In this document: positions 1-9,422 of the stretch, piece by piece
How the letters are laid out: the number at the start of each line of letters is the position of its first letter
Position numbering within the stretch: the stretch's first letter is position 1
NCBI GenBank assembly: GCA_965202655.1
Contig: CBDBBK010000002.1
Coordinates: 884,685-948,684 of the forward strand
Reading direction: 5' to 3'
DNA: 64,000 nt
Source: Vicinamibacterales bacterium
Lineage (GTDB): Bacteria > Acidobacteriota > Vicinamibacteria > Vicinamibacterales > UBA8438
Notes under the pieces: model-generated
Seen by the model: the letters and a program-made list of their open reading frames with translations, nothing else
The model's database searches: none
What the model was told of the DNA's origin: nothing
Made by a program: the position numbers and the translations under genes

Positions 1-316
1 TCGCTTCGCTGGCCGGGATCCCGTCGAACGGCCGGCGCTGCACGAGCTCCGTGATGTGGGCGGCTTCGCGCCAGACGGCGTCGTCGAGCCGCCCGTCGAT
101 TACCGGCGGCTGCGACAGCCGCGGCGGACGGACGGTCGGGCGGCCGGTCAGCACGCCAGCGTCGACCGCCCCGGTCGCCCCGCCCCCGGGTTGCTGTCCG
201 GGAGCCTGTCCGGCCTGGAGCGCGGCCGGGCTGCCCGCGCCGGCCACAACGACGAGGATGGCCAGGAGCCCCGCCCTGGCCAGCCTCGCGCCCGGTGAAA
301 TCCCCGTTACCGCCAC
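1..316 (-). CDS. Partial (5' part) secreted DUF5916/CBM9-like domain protein; runs off the window start
   Basis: Manual minus-strand translation (not in the ORF track): hydrophobic signal peptide, then ...RPTVRPPRLSQPPVIDGRLDDAVWREAAHITELVQRRP, the 'PVIDGxLDDxVW' start typical of CBM9-like/DUF5916 proteins. GTG start at 316 is a best guess. Confidence 0.6.
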   Translation of the reverse strand, partial: MAVTGISPGARLARAGLLAILVVVAGAGSPAALQAGQAPGQQPGGGATGAVDAGVLTGRPTVRPPRLSQPPVIDGRLDDAVWREAAHITELVQRRPFDGIPASEA

Positions 317-392
317 CGCCCGTTCATTCTGCCGCCTTCATGCGGTAAGCTGCGGCTCAGCCGCGGTCGATTCTCGATCAAAGGAGTTCCTG

Positions 393-1670
393 ATGCGCGT
401 TCAGACTGCCCGTGACGCCGCCCGCCTCGTTGCCCGCGTGTCGTCGATGCTCGTATTCGTTGCCCTGCTCGGGGCCGTCCCCGCCGGAGCCCAGGTGCCC
501 GCCGGGACGCCGGAGGAGGTGGGGTTGTCGGCGGAGCGTCTCGATCGGATCGACGAGATGATCCAGCGCGCCATCGACGCGAAACAGATCTCCGGGGCCG
601 TCACCGTCGTCGCGCGTCGCGGACGGGTCGCCCACTTCGAGGCGCACGGCCTGATGGACATCGAAGCGAAGGCGCCGATGCGCAAGGACGCGATCTTCCG
701 GATCGCCTCGATGACGAAGCCGGTGACCGCCGTCGCCATCCTGATGCTGGTCGAAGAGGGCAAGGTCCGCCTGTCGGATCCGGTGTCCCGCTTCATCCCG
801 GAGTTCAAGGATACGAAGGTGGCGATGCCGCGATCGGACTCCGCGGGCGAGGAAGACGACATCTACACCGTGCCGGCGAACCGCGAGGTCACGGTGCAGG
901 ATCTGATCACCCACACCTCGGGTCTCGGTAGCGGTGGCGCGGCAGGCGAGGCGACGTCGCGCATCGCGCCTCGCAACCTGACCGGCACCGTCGCGGACTG
1001 GGCGGCTGCGCTCGGAGCGGCCCCCCTCGACTTCCAGCCCGGCGCCCGCTGGTCGTACAGCGGGCTGGCGGGAATCGACACGCTGGGGCGCATCGTCGAG
1101 GTCGCCTCGGGACTGACGTTCGACGAGTTCCTGCGGCAGCGGATCTTCGAGCCCCTGGGAATGAAGGACACCGCCTTCAACGTGCCCGAGGACAAGAAGC
1201 CGCGCGTCGTTACGCTCTACGGCCGCACCCCGGAAGGCCTTGAAGTTCGCCCGGCGCCGGAATGGGTGGCCACGACGACCTTGCATGGGGGCGGCGGCGG
1301 TCTCTCGTCGACGGCCGAGGACTACCTGCAGTTCGCCCAGATGCTGGTCAACAACGGTGAATTGAACGGAACGCGGCTGCTGGGCTCCCGGACCGTCGAA
1401 CTGATGGCGTCGAATCACGTCGGCGACCTGTACGAGAAGGCAGGGGCCGTTGGACTGGGATTCGGACTGACCGTGGACGTCGTGCTCGACAGCGTCGCGG
1501 CCCGTGGCGACCACCGGTCCACCGGCAGCTTCGGCTGGCTTGGCGCATTCGGCACTGCCTACTGGGTCGATCCCAGGGAAGAGCTGACGGCGATTCTGAT
1601 GGTGCAGACGCCGGGCGGTCCGCTCCGGGCGGACTTCCAGAACGCCGTCATGCAGGCCATCGTCGACTGA
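393..1670 (+). CDS. Secreted serine hydrolase, beta-lactamase/class C family
   Basis: SxxK (SMTK), W-S-Y-S-G and FGWLGAFGT motifs; signal peptide; AAGGAG RBS before ATG 393. Confidence 0.9.
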   Translation: MRVQTARDAARLVARVSSMLVFVALLGAVPAGAQVPAGTPEEVGLSAERLDRIDEMIQRAIDAKQISGAVTVVARRGRVAHFEAHGLMDIEAKAPMRKDAIFRIASMTKPVTAVAILMLVEEGKVRLSDPVSRFIPEFKDTKVAMPRSDSAGEEDDIYTVPANREVTVQDLITHTSGLGSGGAAGEATSRIAPRNLTGTVADWAAALGAAPLDFQPGARWSYSGLAGIDTLGRIVEVASGLTFDEFLRQRIFEPLGMKDTAFNVPEDKKPRVVTLYGRTPEGLEVRPAPEWVATTTLHGGGGGLSSTAEDYLQFAQMLVNNGELNGTRLLGSRTVELMASNHVGDLYEKAGAVGLGFGLTVDVVLDSVAARGDHRSTGSFGWLGAFGTAYWVDPREELTAILMVQTPGGPLRADFQNAVMQAIVD

Positions 1671-1705
1671 CGGCGCTTTTCCGGGCGCTTTCACTGGGAA
1701 CTGCC

Positions 1706-2401
1706 GTGCGGAGGATCTGGACGCTAGGGATCCTGGCCGCTGTGCTGGGCGGTTGCGACAGCCAGCAGCAGGCGCCGCCCGAAGTCATCGTCGTCGATAC
1801 TCCGGGCGCCGTGTCTATCCGGGGCGAGGTCTGGGCCGACAACTGGTTCGCCTTCTACCTGGGCGAACGCCTGATCATCGAGGACTCGACGCCGATCACG
1901 ACGGAGCGGTCGTTCAACGCCGAGGCGTTCGTCTTCAACGCCGACTACCCCCTGCAATTGAACTTCGTCGCCAGGGACTTCAAGCAGGACGACACGGGTC
2001 TGGAGTACATCGGCCGCAGCAACCAGCAGATGGGCGACGGCGGACTCATCGCACAGTTCACCGACGTCACCACGGGAGCGACGGTCGCGGTCACGGATTC
2101 CGCCTGGCGATGCCTGGTGATCCACGACGCCCCGCTCGACCGCGCTTGCGAAGACGAGGCCGAGCCGGTGCCGGGCGTCGGCCCGTGCGGATTCGCGGTG
2201 CTGGCGGAGCCTGATGGCTGGCGCACACCCGGATTCGACGATGCCCGATGGCCGTCAGCGGTGGAGCACAGCGAAGCCGACGTCAGACCCCGAGGCGGCT
2301 ACGACGCGATTGGGTGGCGGGACGGGGCGCAGTTGATCTGGACCGCTGACCTCGAAACGCACAACACGCTGTTGTGTCGCCTCACCGTGGAGCAACCCTG
2401 A
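1706..2401 (+). CDS. Putative lipoprotein of unknown function
   Basis: Lipobox-like LGGC; coherent 231-aa ORF (WADNWF, EDSTPITTERSFN). Confidence 0.65.
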   Translation: MRRIWTLGILAAVLGGCDSQQQAPPEVIVVDTPGAVSIRGEVWADNWFAFYLGERLIIEDSTPITTERSFNAEAFVFNADYPLQLNFVARDFKQDDTGLEYIGRSNQQMGDGGLIAQFTDVTTGATVAVTDSAWRCLVIHDAPLDRACEDEAEPVPGVGPCGFAVLAEPDGWRTPGFDDARWPSAVEHSEADVRPRGGYDAIGWRDGAQLIWTADLETHNTLLCRLTVEQP

Positions 2402-2819
2402 GGCGTTGTGAGCGCGCCGGGCTCCGTCGAAAGACGAACCGGTCGTTCGCAATGAAGTTCAGCACCGAGCAGGACGCAATCGCCATCAGGTTGGCGAGCG
2501 CGTAGTGGATGCCGAGCGCTTCGGCGTAGAGCCCGGTGAACACGACATTGGCGGAGATCGACAACGTGCCGGTCACCAGGTTGAACCGGAGCAGGCGCGC
2601 TGCCCACCCAAGCCTGCCGAAGCCCCGGTCCCGCCACGTCCAGCGCTCGTGCCAGACGAAATTGTGCAGGATGGCGGATTCCACCGCCAGCCCGGTGGCA
2701 ACCAGGTAGTCGAGACCCGCCACCTCGGTCAGGGTGACCAGCACCACCAGTTGCACGGCCACTCCCATCGAGCCGACGACGTTGAACACGAGCCATCTCC
2801 GCAGCCCCTCCACGGTCAT
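2382..2819 (-). CDS. GtrA family membrane protein
   Basis: RWLVFNVVG...NFVWHERWTW...LRFN...NFIANDRFVF GtrA pattern; ATG overlaps the stop of the upstream gene (ATGA coupling). Confidence 0.85.
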   Translation of the reverse strand: MTVEGLRRWLVFNVVGSMGVAVQLVVLVTLTEVAGLDYLVATGLAVESAILHNFVWHERWTWRDRGFGRLGWAARLLRFNLVTGTLSISANVVFTGLYAEALGIHYALANLMAIASCSVLNFIANDRFVFRRSPARSQRLRVAPR

Positions 2820-3523
2820 CGCGGGAGGGGCTCCGCCCGGTAGAGCGCCAGCCCGTTGCGCACGGCGGAAAACGCCAGCGCCCCGAACAGGCCGGCGGCG
2901 CCGATGACCCCGCCCACGTCGAACAGCCGCCAGGTCGCGCCCAAGAGCTCGACCTCCGACCCGCTCACGAGCAGCCGGACGGCGCCGGCCGCGAGCAGGA
3001 TGCGGAGCTCGGTCGGACCGACTTTCAGCAGCGATATCCGGAACACGCCGCACGCGTGCGTCGCGAGATAGGCCTCGGCGCAGAGCATCAGGTAGGCGGC
3101 CAGCAGCACCATCGCCACGACCGGGCTCATGTGCGGCGACAGCGCCAGACCGGCGCAGAGCAGCAACATGCTCGTGATGTCGACCACGTGGTCGACGTAG
3201 AAGCCATAGCGCGGCCGCTCGTGCTTCCGGACACGGGCGACCGTTCCGTCGAGGCTGTCGCCGAACCAGTTGAGCGCGAGGCCGACGACGACGACGACCA
3301 GCGCCAGATCGCTCCAGTGCGAGGCCCAGAACGCCGCCCCCACCCCGGCCATGGCCACCAGCCCGAGCGCCGTCAGATGATCCGCGTTGATCCCGGCGGG
3401 CAACCGAGCCGCCATCCAGACCAGCGCTCTCTTTTCCAACTCCGCCAGCAGGCTGCCGTTCTCCCGCGTGTGGCGGGCAGCCGGCGGCGCCGCACGTCCG
3501 GTTGCCGTTCGTGTCGCCGTCAT
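2816..3523 (-). CDS. CDP-alcohol phosphatidyltransferase family protein
   Basis: D-x2-DG-x2-AR-x7-8-G-x3-D-x3-D motif (GDSLDGTVARVRKHERPRYGFYVDHVVD); GGAGGAG RBS. Confidence 0.9.
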   Translation of the reverse strand: MTATRTATGRAAPPAARHTRENGSLLAELEKRALVWMAARLPAGINADHLTALGLVAMAGVGAAFWASHWSDLALVVVVVGLALNWFGDSLDGTVARVRKHERPRYGFYVDHVVDITSMLLLCAGLALSPHMSPVVAMVLLAAYLMLCAEAYLATHACGVFRISLLKVGPTELRILLAAGAVRLLVSGSEVELLGATWRLFDVGGVIGAAGLFGALAFSAVRNGLALYRAEPLPR

Positions 3524-3686
3524 GATCTCCTCCATCGAGTGCCTCCCTTGTCCTTGCGCGTGGCGCCATGCCGCCACGGGCTATCCGGGAGTGCGCAGCC
3601 GGCAGGGAAACCGGCTCACGGCACGGAGCAGGAGCCCGCCGGCCCTACGGCATCCGGAGCGGCCGCCTCTGATCCCGGGCAAGGGG

Positions 3687-3715
3687 TTGCGGGACGCGCC
3701 AGCAGGTTGCACAAT
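3687..3715 (+). promoter_or_regulatory. Putative sigma70-type promoter of the 3803 gene
   Basis: TTGCGG (3687-3692), 17-nt spacer, CACAAT (3710-3715). Confidence 0.4.
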
Positions 3716-3723
3716 GGCGCTAG

Positions 3724-3777
3724 CAGTCCGTAGAAGTTTCGCGCCGGCGAAACTTCCAACGCGCCCGGCAGGGCGCG
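3724..3777 (+). repeat. GTRG-tagged double-hairpin REP-like repeat, copy A
   Basis: CCGTAG-AAGTTTCGC-GCCG-GCGAAACTT-CCAA-CGCGCCC-GGCA-GGGCGCG; flanked by CTAG and CCAG. Confidence 0.8.
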
Positions 3778-3802
3778 CCAGCGGCGACAGGGAGGGCACG
3801 AC

Positions 3803-5998
3803 ATGACCACGAGCCGGCAAGTAATCGGTGGCTGCGCGGCGGCGGCGTTCCTGGCGGCGGGCCTCGCGCTACTGGGTCCGCCCGTTGCGGCCCAGGACGA
3901 GGACATCAGCGGCGTCGTGACCAGCGCGGCCGGCCCCGAGGCCGGCGTCTGGGTGATCGCCGAGACGGACGACTTCGAGACCGGCTTCCGGAAGATCGTC
4001 GTGACCGACGACGACGGACGGTTCCTCGTGCCGGACCTCCCCGCGGCCGACTACGAGGTATGGGTCCGCGGGTACGGGCTGGCCGATTCCGACAGGACGC
4101 CCGCGCGGCCCGGCGACGATGTCGCCCTGACCGCGACGGCGGCGGCCTCGCCGGCCGCGGCGGCGGAGATCTATCCCGCCAACTACTGGTACTCGCTGCT
4201 CGAGGTGCCGCCGGCGAGCGACTTCCCGGGCACGGGGCCGCGCGGCAACGGCATCGGCGCCACCATGCATACCCAGGCCGACTGGGTTGACCGGCTGAAG
4301 GACGGCTGCCAGCTCTGCCACCAGCTCGGCAACAAGGCGACACGCGAGATGCCGATGCTCGATCTCGACGAGTTCGACTCGTCGGTCGACGCGTGGGAGC
4401 ACCGCCTCCTGGCCGGCGGCGCCGGGCCGGCGATGTCGGTGGAGCTCAACCGCATGGGCCGGCCGCGCGCGCTTGAGCTGTACGCCGAGTGGAGCGACCG
4501 GATCGCCGCCGGCGAGTTGCCGCCCGCCCCGCCCCGCCCGCAGGGGCGCGAACGCAACATCGTGCTCAGCATGTGGGAATGGGGTCACCCGCGCGGCATG
4601 GTCCACGACGAGATCACGACCGACAAGCGCAACCCGACGCTCAACGCGAACGGCCCGATATACGGGGTCGGCGGCGCCGGGCTCGTGATCACCGATCCGC
4701 GCACCCACGAGTCGGTCCGCATGGATCTGCCGACGCGCATCGAGCGGCCCAGGCGGCCCGTCTCGTATCAGGGGTCGTCGACCCGGATTCCGTCGCTCTA
4801 CTGGGGCGACGAACCGGTCAACCTCCAGAGCCGGAGCGCCCACAACCCGATGCTGGACGACAAGAACCGCCTTTGGATCACGCAGGCGGTGCGGCCGAAC
4901 GACGTGCCGGACTGGTGCCTGGAAGGTTCGGACAACCGGTTCGCACAGTACTACCCGATTCAGCATCGCGACGAGACCCGGCAGGTCTCCTACTACGACC
5001 CCGAGACGGGTGAGTTCGAGCTGATCGACACCTGCTACTTCACGCACCACCTGCAGTTCGCGGACGACGCGGACGACACGCTGTGGTTGAGCGGCTCGAC
5101 CGAAGCGATCGGCTGGCTGAACACGCGCCTCTACGACGAGACGGGCGACGAGCAGGTGTCGCAGGGCTGGTGCCCGACGGTCATCGACACCAATGGCGAC
5201 GGGCAGATCACGAAGCCGTGGAACGAGCCGGACTGGAACGGCGATGTCGAGATCGATCCGGCGCGGGATACACGGGTCGGGAGCCTCGACAAGTTCAAGC
5301 GCGCCTACGGCGTCATCCCCCACCCCGACGGGTCGGTCTGGATCACGCGGCGCTTCCCCGTGCCGGGCAAGCTGATCCGGCTGGACCTCGGGGACAATCC
5401 GCCGGAGACCTGCATCTCCGAGGTCTACGAGCCGCCGTACGATCCGGCCGGCGACGCGAACGACTGGGGCTACGGTCCCCGCGGCATCGACGTCGACCGC
5501 AACGGCGTGATCTGGACCGCGCTCGGCGGCAGCGGACACATGGCCAGCTTCGACCGCAGCAAGTGCGCGGTGCTCAACGGGCCGACCGCCACCGGCCAGC
5601 ACTGCCGCGAAGGATGGACCCTCTATCCGACTCCGGGGCCGAAGCTGCGGGGCGTCGAGGGCTCGGCGAACGCCGACTACCACTACTACAACTGGGTGGA
5701 CCAGTTCGACACGCTCGGCCTCGGCGCGAACACGCCGATCGCGACCGGCACCACGTCGGACGCGCTGCTCGCGCTCGATCCGGACAGCGGCGAATGGGTG
5801 ATCATGCGCGTCCCGTACCCGCTCGGCTTCTACAGCCGCGGGCTGGACGGGCGGATCGACGATCCGGACACCGGCTGGAAGGGGCGCGGCGTCTGGTCCA
5901 GCTTCAACACGGGGTCGCCGCATCACCTCGAGGGCGGTAAGGGAGCGACGAGCGAGATCATCCGCTTCCAGATACGGCCGCATCCGCTGGCGAACTAG
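3803..5998 (+). CDS. Secreted protein: carboxypeptidase regulatory-like domain, single CxxCH haem motif and Vgb/NHL-like beta-propeller
   Basis: Signal peptide; ISGVVTS...GPEAGVWVIA...TDDDGRFLVPDLP; CQLCH; propeller-type repeats; GGGAGG RBS. Confidence 0.7.
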   Translation: MTTSRQVIGGCAAAAFLAAGLALLGPPVAAQDEDISGVVTSAAGPEAGVWVIAETDDFETGFRKIVVTDDDGRFLVPDLPAADYEVWVRGYGLADSDRTPARPGDDVALTATAAASPAAAAEIYPANYWYSLLEVPPASDFPGTGPRGNGIGATMHTQADWVDRLKDGCQLCHQLGNKATREMPMLDLDEFDSSVDAWEHRLLAGGAGPAMSVELNRMGRPRALELYAEWSDRIAAGELPPAPPRPQGRERNIVLSMWEWGHPRGMVHDEITTDKRNPTLNANGPIYGVGGAGLVITDPRTHESVRMDLPTRIERPRRPVSYQGSSTRIPSLYWGDEPVNLQSRSAHNPMLDDKNRLWITQAVRPNDVPDWCLEGSDNRFAQYYPIQHRDETRQVSYYDPETGEFELIDTCYFTHHLQFADDADDTLWLSGSTEAIGWLNTRLYDETGDEQVSQGWCPTVIDTNGDGQITKPWNEPDWNGDVEIDPARDTRVGSLDKFKRAYGVIPHPDGSVWITRRFPVPGKLIRLDLGDNPPETCISEVYEPPYDPAGDANDWGYGPRGIDVDRNGVIWTALGGSGHMASFDRSKCAVLNGPTATGQHCREGWTLYPTPGPKLRGVEGSANADYHYYNWVDQFDTLGLGANTPIATGTTSDALLALDPDSGEWVIMRVPYPLGFYSRGLDGRIDDPDTGWKGRGVWSSFNTGSPHHLEGGKGATSEIIRFQIRPHPLAN

Positions 5999-6077
5999 GA
6001 CTGCTTTGCGGAGGGGCGAACGCAAGCGCGCGGACCGGACACCGCCGGCCGCCGCAAGACGGAGCGGCGGAGGGTAG

Positions 6078-6704
6078 ATGCGCAAGGCGGTAATCGCGCT
6101 CGCGGCGCTCGCCGTGCTCGGCGGGCTGTTCTGGTGGACGGTGCAGAGCAGCCTGGCCGAGCCGTACGTCGTCGACGCCGGCCTCGTCTCCGAGTGGAAC
6201 GTCGCGCTGCGCGGACCGGGGCGGGGCGCCGGCCTGCTCGTGCTGGAGACTTCGGACCAGCTTCGCGCCGAGTTGTTCCAGCAGATCTTCACCCGCACGA
6301 TGGAGTCGATGGTGTCGCCGCCGACGGCGGCGGTGCCGCTGGTGCTCGCCTCGGAGTACCGCCAGTCGCTGGGGAGCGCGCTTTCGCCGGAGGACCTGCT
6401 CCGGGTGGCGGAGGAATCCGGGTTGCCGGACGCCGTTCCCGCGCCGGTCTGCATCGGCGTGGTCCGGGGCGAAGGCGCCGCCAGCACGCGGCAGCTCTAC
6501 TACGCGATCTTCGAGGCGCCCGAAGCCGGCCGCTTCCGTGACGCGCTGGCGCGCCGCTACGGCGAGGCCGGCGGGACGGGGGCGTTCCAGCCGGACAGCT
6601 TCCCGCTGGTCATGCCGCTCGCCGCCTCCGACAACGATTTCGCGAGCTGGTGGCCGCTGGACGTCAGCCCCGCCGACTGCCTGGCGCCGCTCGTCACGCA
6701 GTAG
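6078..6704 (+). CDS. Hypothetical membrane-anchored protein
   Basis: N-terminal TM helix, host-like codon usage, GGAGG RBS. Confidence 0.7.
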   Translation: MRKAVIALAALAVLGGLFWWTVQSSLAEPYVVDAGLVSEWNVALRGPGRGAGLLVLETSDQLRAELFQQIFTRTMESMVSPPTAAVPLVLASEYRQSLGSALSPEDLLRVAEESGLPDAVPAPVCIGVVRGEGAASTRQLYYAIFEAPEAGRFRDALARRYGEAGGTGAFQPDSFPLVMPLAASDNDFASWWPLDVSPADCLAPLVTQ

Positions 6705-7130
6705 TCGGGCACGCCAGAGAGGGTGACACTCTCTCCCCTTCGCTGAGAGAGAGGCATGCCCCGAAGGGAGTGTCGCGTCCTGGGCGAACGTCTTCCCTTC
6801 GTTGTCCGGCGCCTGCACGGCGAGAAGATGGCCGGTCTCTGCCGGGAGTTCGGTATCCGGCAAGACCGGCTACAGGGTTCGCACGCTACAAGGACTGCGG
6901 TCTGGAGAGGCTGATCGACCGGAGCCGACGACCGTATCGGCACGCTAACCGGTCGCAGATTGAGACCCTGATCGTGCGTCTCAAGCGCGAGTATCCCGGC
7001 TGCGGTGCTCCGAGGATCCGCGAGCGTTTGCGGCGACGGTATCCAGCGCTGCTGTATCCGGCCATCAGCACTGTGCACGCGGTGCTGGACCGCCACAGGT
7101 TCGTCAAGCGCGGGAAGCGCCGCCACTGTC
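6696..7130 (+). mobile_element. Degenerate IS481-family transposase 5' remnant (copy 1)
   Basis: ATG 6756 MPRRECRVLGERLPFVVRRLHGEKMAGLCREFGI, then after frameshifts TGY...GLERLIDRSRRPYRHANR...IVRLKREYPGCGAPRIRERL...PAISTVHAVLDRH; no integrase core. Confidence 0.75.
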
Positions 7131-7164
7131 GGGCGTGTGGCATCGAGCGGCGAGCGGGTGTGCG

Positions 7165-7458
7165 CTACGCGTTGGGTTCGGCTGGATCGGTCGGTTCCGG
7201 CCTGATCTGGTCGAACAGGGGCAAGAGTCGCTCCAGGATTTCCTGCCCCTGCCGCCGTTCTTCAAGCAGCATCCACGCCGCGAAGACGGTCCACGCCATA
7301 AACAGCACGCCTACGAAAATGACTAGGTAGTTCCAAGCTGTGCGGCCAAGGTGATTCCTCAGCGCCTCGGACACCCGGATCACCATCGGCAACAGCACGA
7401 CCACTGCAGCCATCGTGCCTAGGATCATGTAGGCCACCGTCAGCCACTGCGCCCACAT
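7165..7458 (-). CDS. Small hypothetical membrane protein (2 TM)
   Basis: MWAQWLTVAYMILG... two hydrophobic segments; start inferred at ATG 7458. Confidence 0.5.
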   Translation of the reverse strand: MWAQWLTVAYMILGTMAAVVVLLPMVIRVSEALRNHLGRTAWNYLVIFVGVLFMAWTVFAAWMLLEERRQGQEILERLLPLFDQIRPEPTDPAEPNA

Positions 7459-7528
7459 GCTCTCTAGCACGGCGGTGAGTTTACCACCCCCCTCTGTCCG
7501 TCTATAGTTGGCGCTGGGAAGGAGCACC

Positions 7529-7771
7529 ATGACTGTCGCAGAGTTGATCGAGCGTTTACAGGAGTTGCCGCAGAACCTAGATGTTGTTATCCCGGATCTG
7601 GACTCGCACCTAGAACGAGCGACACATTTGTCCTGCGCCACGGCGTCAGTGAAGGCGGCTCGCGGTCATGGTGGCATCGGCGGATGGGATCTGGACGGCG
7701 TCAACGGAAGGACGCTGGTATGGCAGCCAGATGACGAGCCGGTCTCTGTCGTGGTGCTGGCTGCGGATTAG
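7529..7771 (+). CDS. Small hypothetical, phage-like protein
   Basis: MTVAELIERLQELPQNLDVVI, an N-terminus common in small phage/MGE proteins; AAGGAG RBS. Confidence 0.55.
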   Translation: MTVAELIERLQELPQNLDVVIPDLDSHLERATHLSCATASVKAARGHGGIGGWDLDGVNGRTLVWQPDDEPVSVVVLAAD

Positions 7772-8051
7772 CTGTGGTATGTGGGATTCAAACTAATTCG
7801 CCATGAATCCAAGCCCATCGGCTTCAAGCTTCTTCGTGTACTCGGCGAAGGCGAGAACCGCACTTAGCGGCTCGACTTGCGAGTCGTCGCCGCCACCGCC
7901 AATCGCGCGAGGATGGTAGGATTCTCGGGGTTGTTGGTGCTGATCGAGGCGACGGGGATTGGTCGACGCGCTGACCCTCGGTTCGAGACTCAGGTGCCGC
8001 GGGAGCCCTGAATGAACAGCCTGTCGAAGCTCCGCCGATCGCTGGCTGGGC

Positions 8052-8465
8052 TCACCTTCGCCCCAAGAACTCGCGGACGCGCTCGGCGACGCCCTCTCGG
8101 GTTACTTCGCACTCCCAAATCACGAGCACGTCCCAGCCTAGCTCGGTCAGCCGGGCACGGTGCTCGATGTCGCGCTCCTGGTTGCGGCGGAGCTTCGGTT
8201 CCCAGTACTCAAGATTCGATCTCGGTCGGTGGGCAAGCTTGCAGTTCGGATCCGGATGTTGGTGCCAGAAGCACCCGTGCACGAAGATTACTTGGCGCCG
8301 ACCGGGAAAGACGAGATCGGGACGCCCAGGGAGATCATGCCGGTGTAGGCGGTAGCGGTAGCCCATGGCGTGCACTAGGCGGCGTATCGCCAGCTCGGGC
8401 TTCATCCCCTTGCTGCGAATCGCGCGCATGGTGGCGCTGCGCACCTCAGGACTCACTCGATCCAA
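8052..8465 (-). CDS. vsr: Very short patch repair endonuclease
   Basis: MDRVSPEVRSATMRAIRSK..KPE...DLPGRPDLVF...IFVHGCFWHQH...DVLVIWECE; TTG start with GGAGG RBS. Confidence 0.95.
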   Translation of the reverse strand: MDRVSPEVRSATMRAIRSKGMKPELAIRRLVHAMGYRYRLHRHDLPGRPDLVFPGRRQVIFVHGCFWHQHPDPNCKLAHRPRSNLEYWEPKLRRNQERDIEHRARLTELGWDVLVIWECEVTREGVAERVREFLGRR

Positions 8466-8505
8466 GGCTACTGCCTCCGCTTGTAGCTCAATAAGAGGTT
8501 ACCGC

Positions 8506-9420
8506 ATGGCATTGCAGATAAAGGAGTTCTTCGGATATGCCCCTCGAGACCCGGCTGCCGCCGACGACGTGGCGGAGCAGCGCTGCCCCTTCGTGGAGAG
8601 CGACTGCATCAAGCCTAATCATGGGGCGTGTTCGGTGCAGCAAGTGACCGCGCCGGAGCCAGTTATCTGCTGCCCGAACCGAATGTACGCCGACGACTTT
8701 CAGATTCTGAAGGAGATTGCGGTTGAGGCTTTCGGGCCCGATGCTGAGCTCATCCGACCGGCCGACGTAGAGGGGCGTGCCGCGGTCGGCGGCATGACCG
8801 GGCGTGACGTCGCTGTGTTCGGTCGCTATTGGGGCCAGGAACTGCCCCTGCCACGTCCTCAAGGCCAAGGTGCGGCGGCGTACTACGTGGACTGGATTCT
8901 GGCCAAGCTCGATGCCCATGGCGCACTGGACGAACTGACAGCGGTTGAGGTCCAGACGATCGATACGACGGGAAACTACAGCGACCAGGCGCGGCGCTTT
9001 TTCGCGGGCCGGGCGTTCAGAGACCCGCAGGGTCGGAACCCCGGCTACAGCGATGCCGGCATGAACTGGGAGAACGTCAACAAGCGCATTCTCCCGCAGA
9101 TCATTTACAAGGGGCACGTACTCCGACTCGAAGAGAGATGCACGAAGGGGCTCTATTTCGTCTGCCCCCAGCAGGTCTATAGCCGGATTCGGGAGCGGCT
9201 GGGCGGCAATCTGCACAACATCCACCCAAGCCCGGGGGCGATAACGTTCCGGAGCTACGAGTTGGGGCCGGAGGTGCCGGCAGGCCGGCGACGCGCCATG
9301 ACGCTCTCGGAGCAGTTCACGACGACGGTGGACCAAGTTGCTTTGGCATTTACGGCCCCGATGAATCTCCCGGAGCGAAACGTGTATGCGGCGGCGATCA
9401 ACACGGCTCTCGGGAGGTAG
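8506..9420 (+). CDS. NotI-family restriction endonuclease (paralog A)
   Basis: Cys4 motif CPF-x4-C...CS...CCPNR; VDWIL...VEVQTIDTTG; NWENVNKRILPQIIYKG. Confidence 0.8.
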   Translation: MALQIKEFFGYAPRDPAAADDVAEQRCPFVESDCIKPNHGACSVQQVTAPEPVICCPNRMYADDFQILKEIAVEAFGPDAELIRPADVEGRAAVGGMTGRDVAVFGRYWGQELPLPRPQGQGAAAYYVDWILAKLDAHGALDELTAVEVQTIDTTGNYSDQARRFFAGRAFRDPQGRNPGYSDAGMNWENVNKRILPQIIYKGHVLRLEERCTKGLYFVCPQQVYSRIRERLGGNLHNIHPSPGAITFRSYELGPEVPAGRRRAMTLSEQFTTTVDQVALAFTAPMNLPERNVYAAAINTALGR

Positions 9421-9422
9421 CG

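Noticed and set aside
7795-7990. Minus-strand fragment ...YHPRAIGGGGDDSQVEPLSAVLAFAEYTKKLEADGLGFMAN* as a possible HNH or gene remnant
   Set aside because: No convincing start or complete motif; cannot be assigned without a search.
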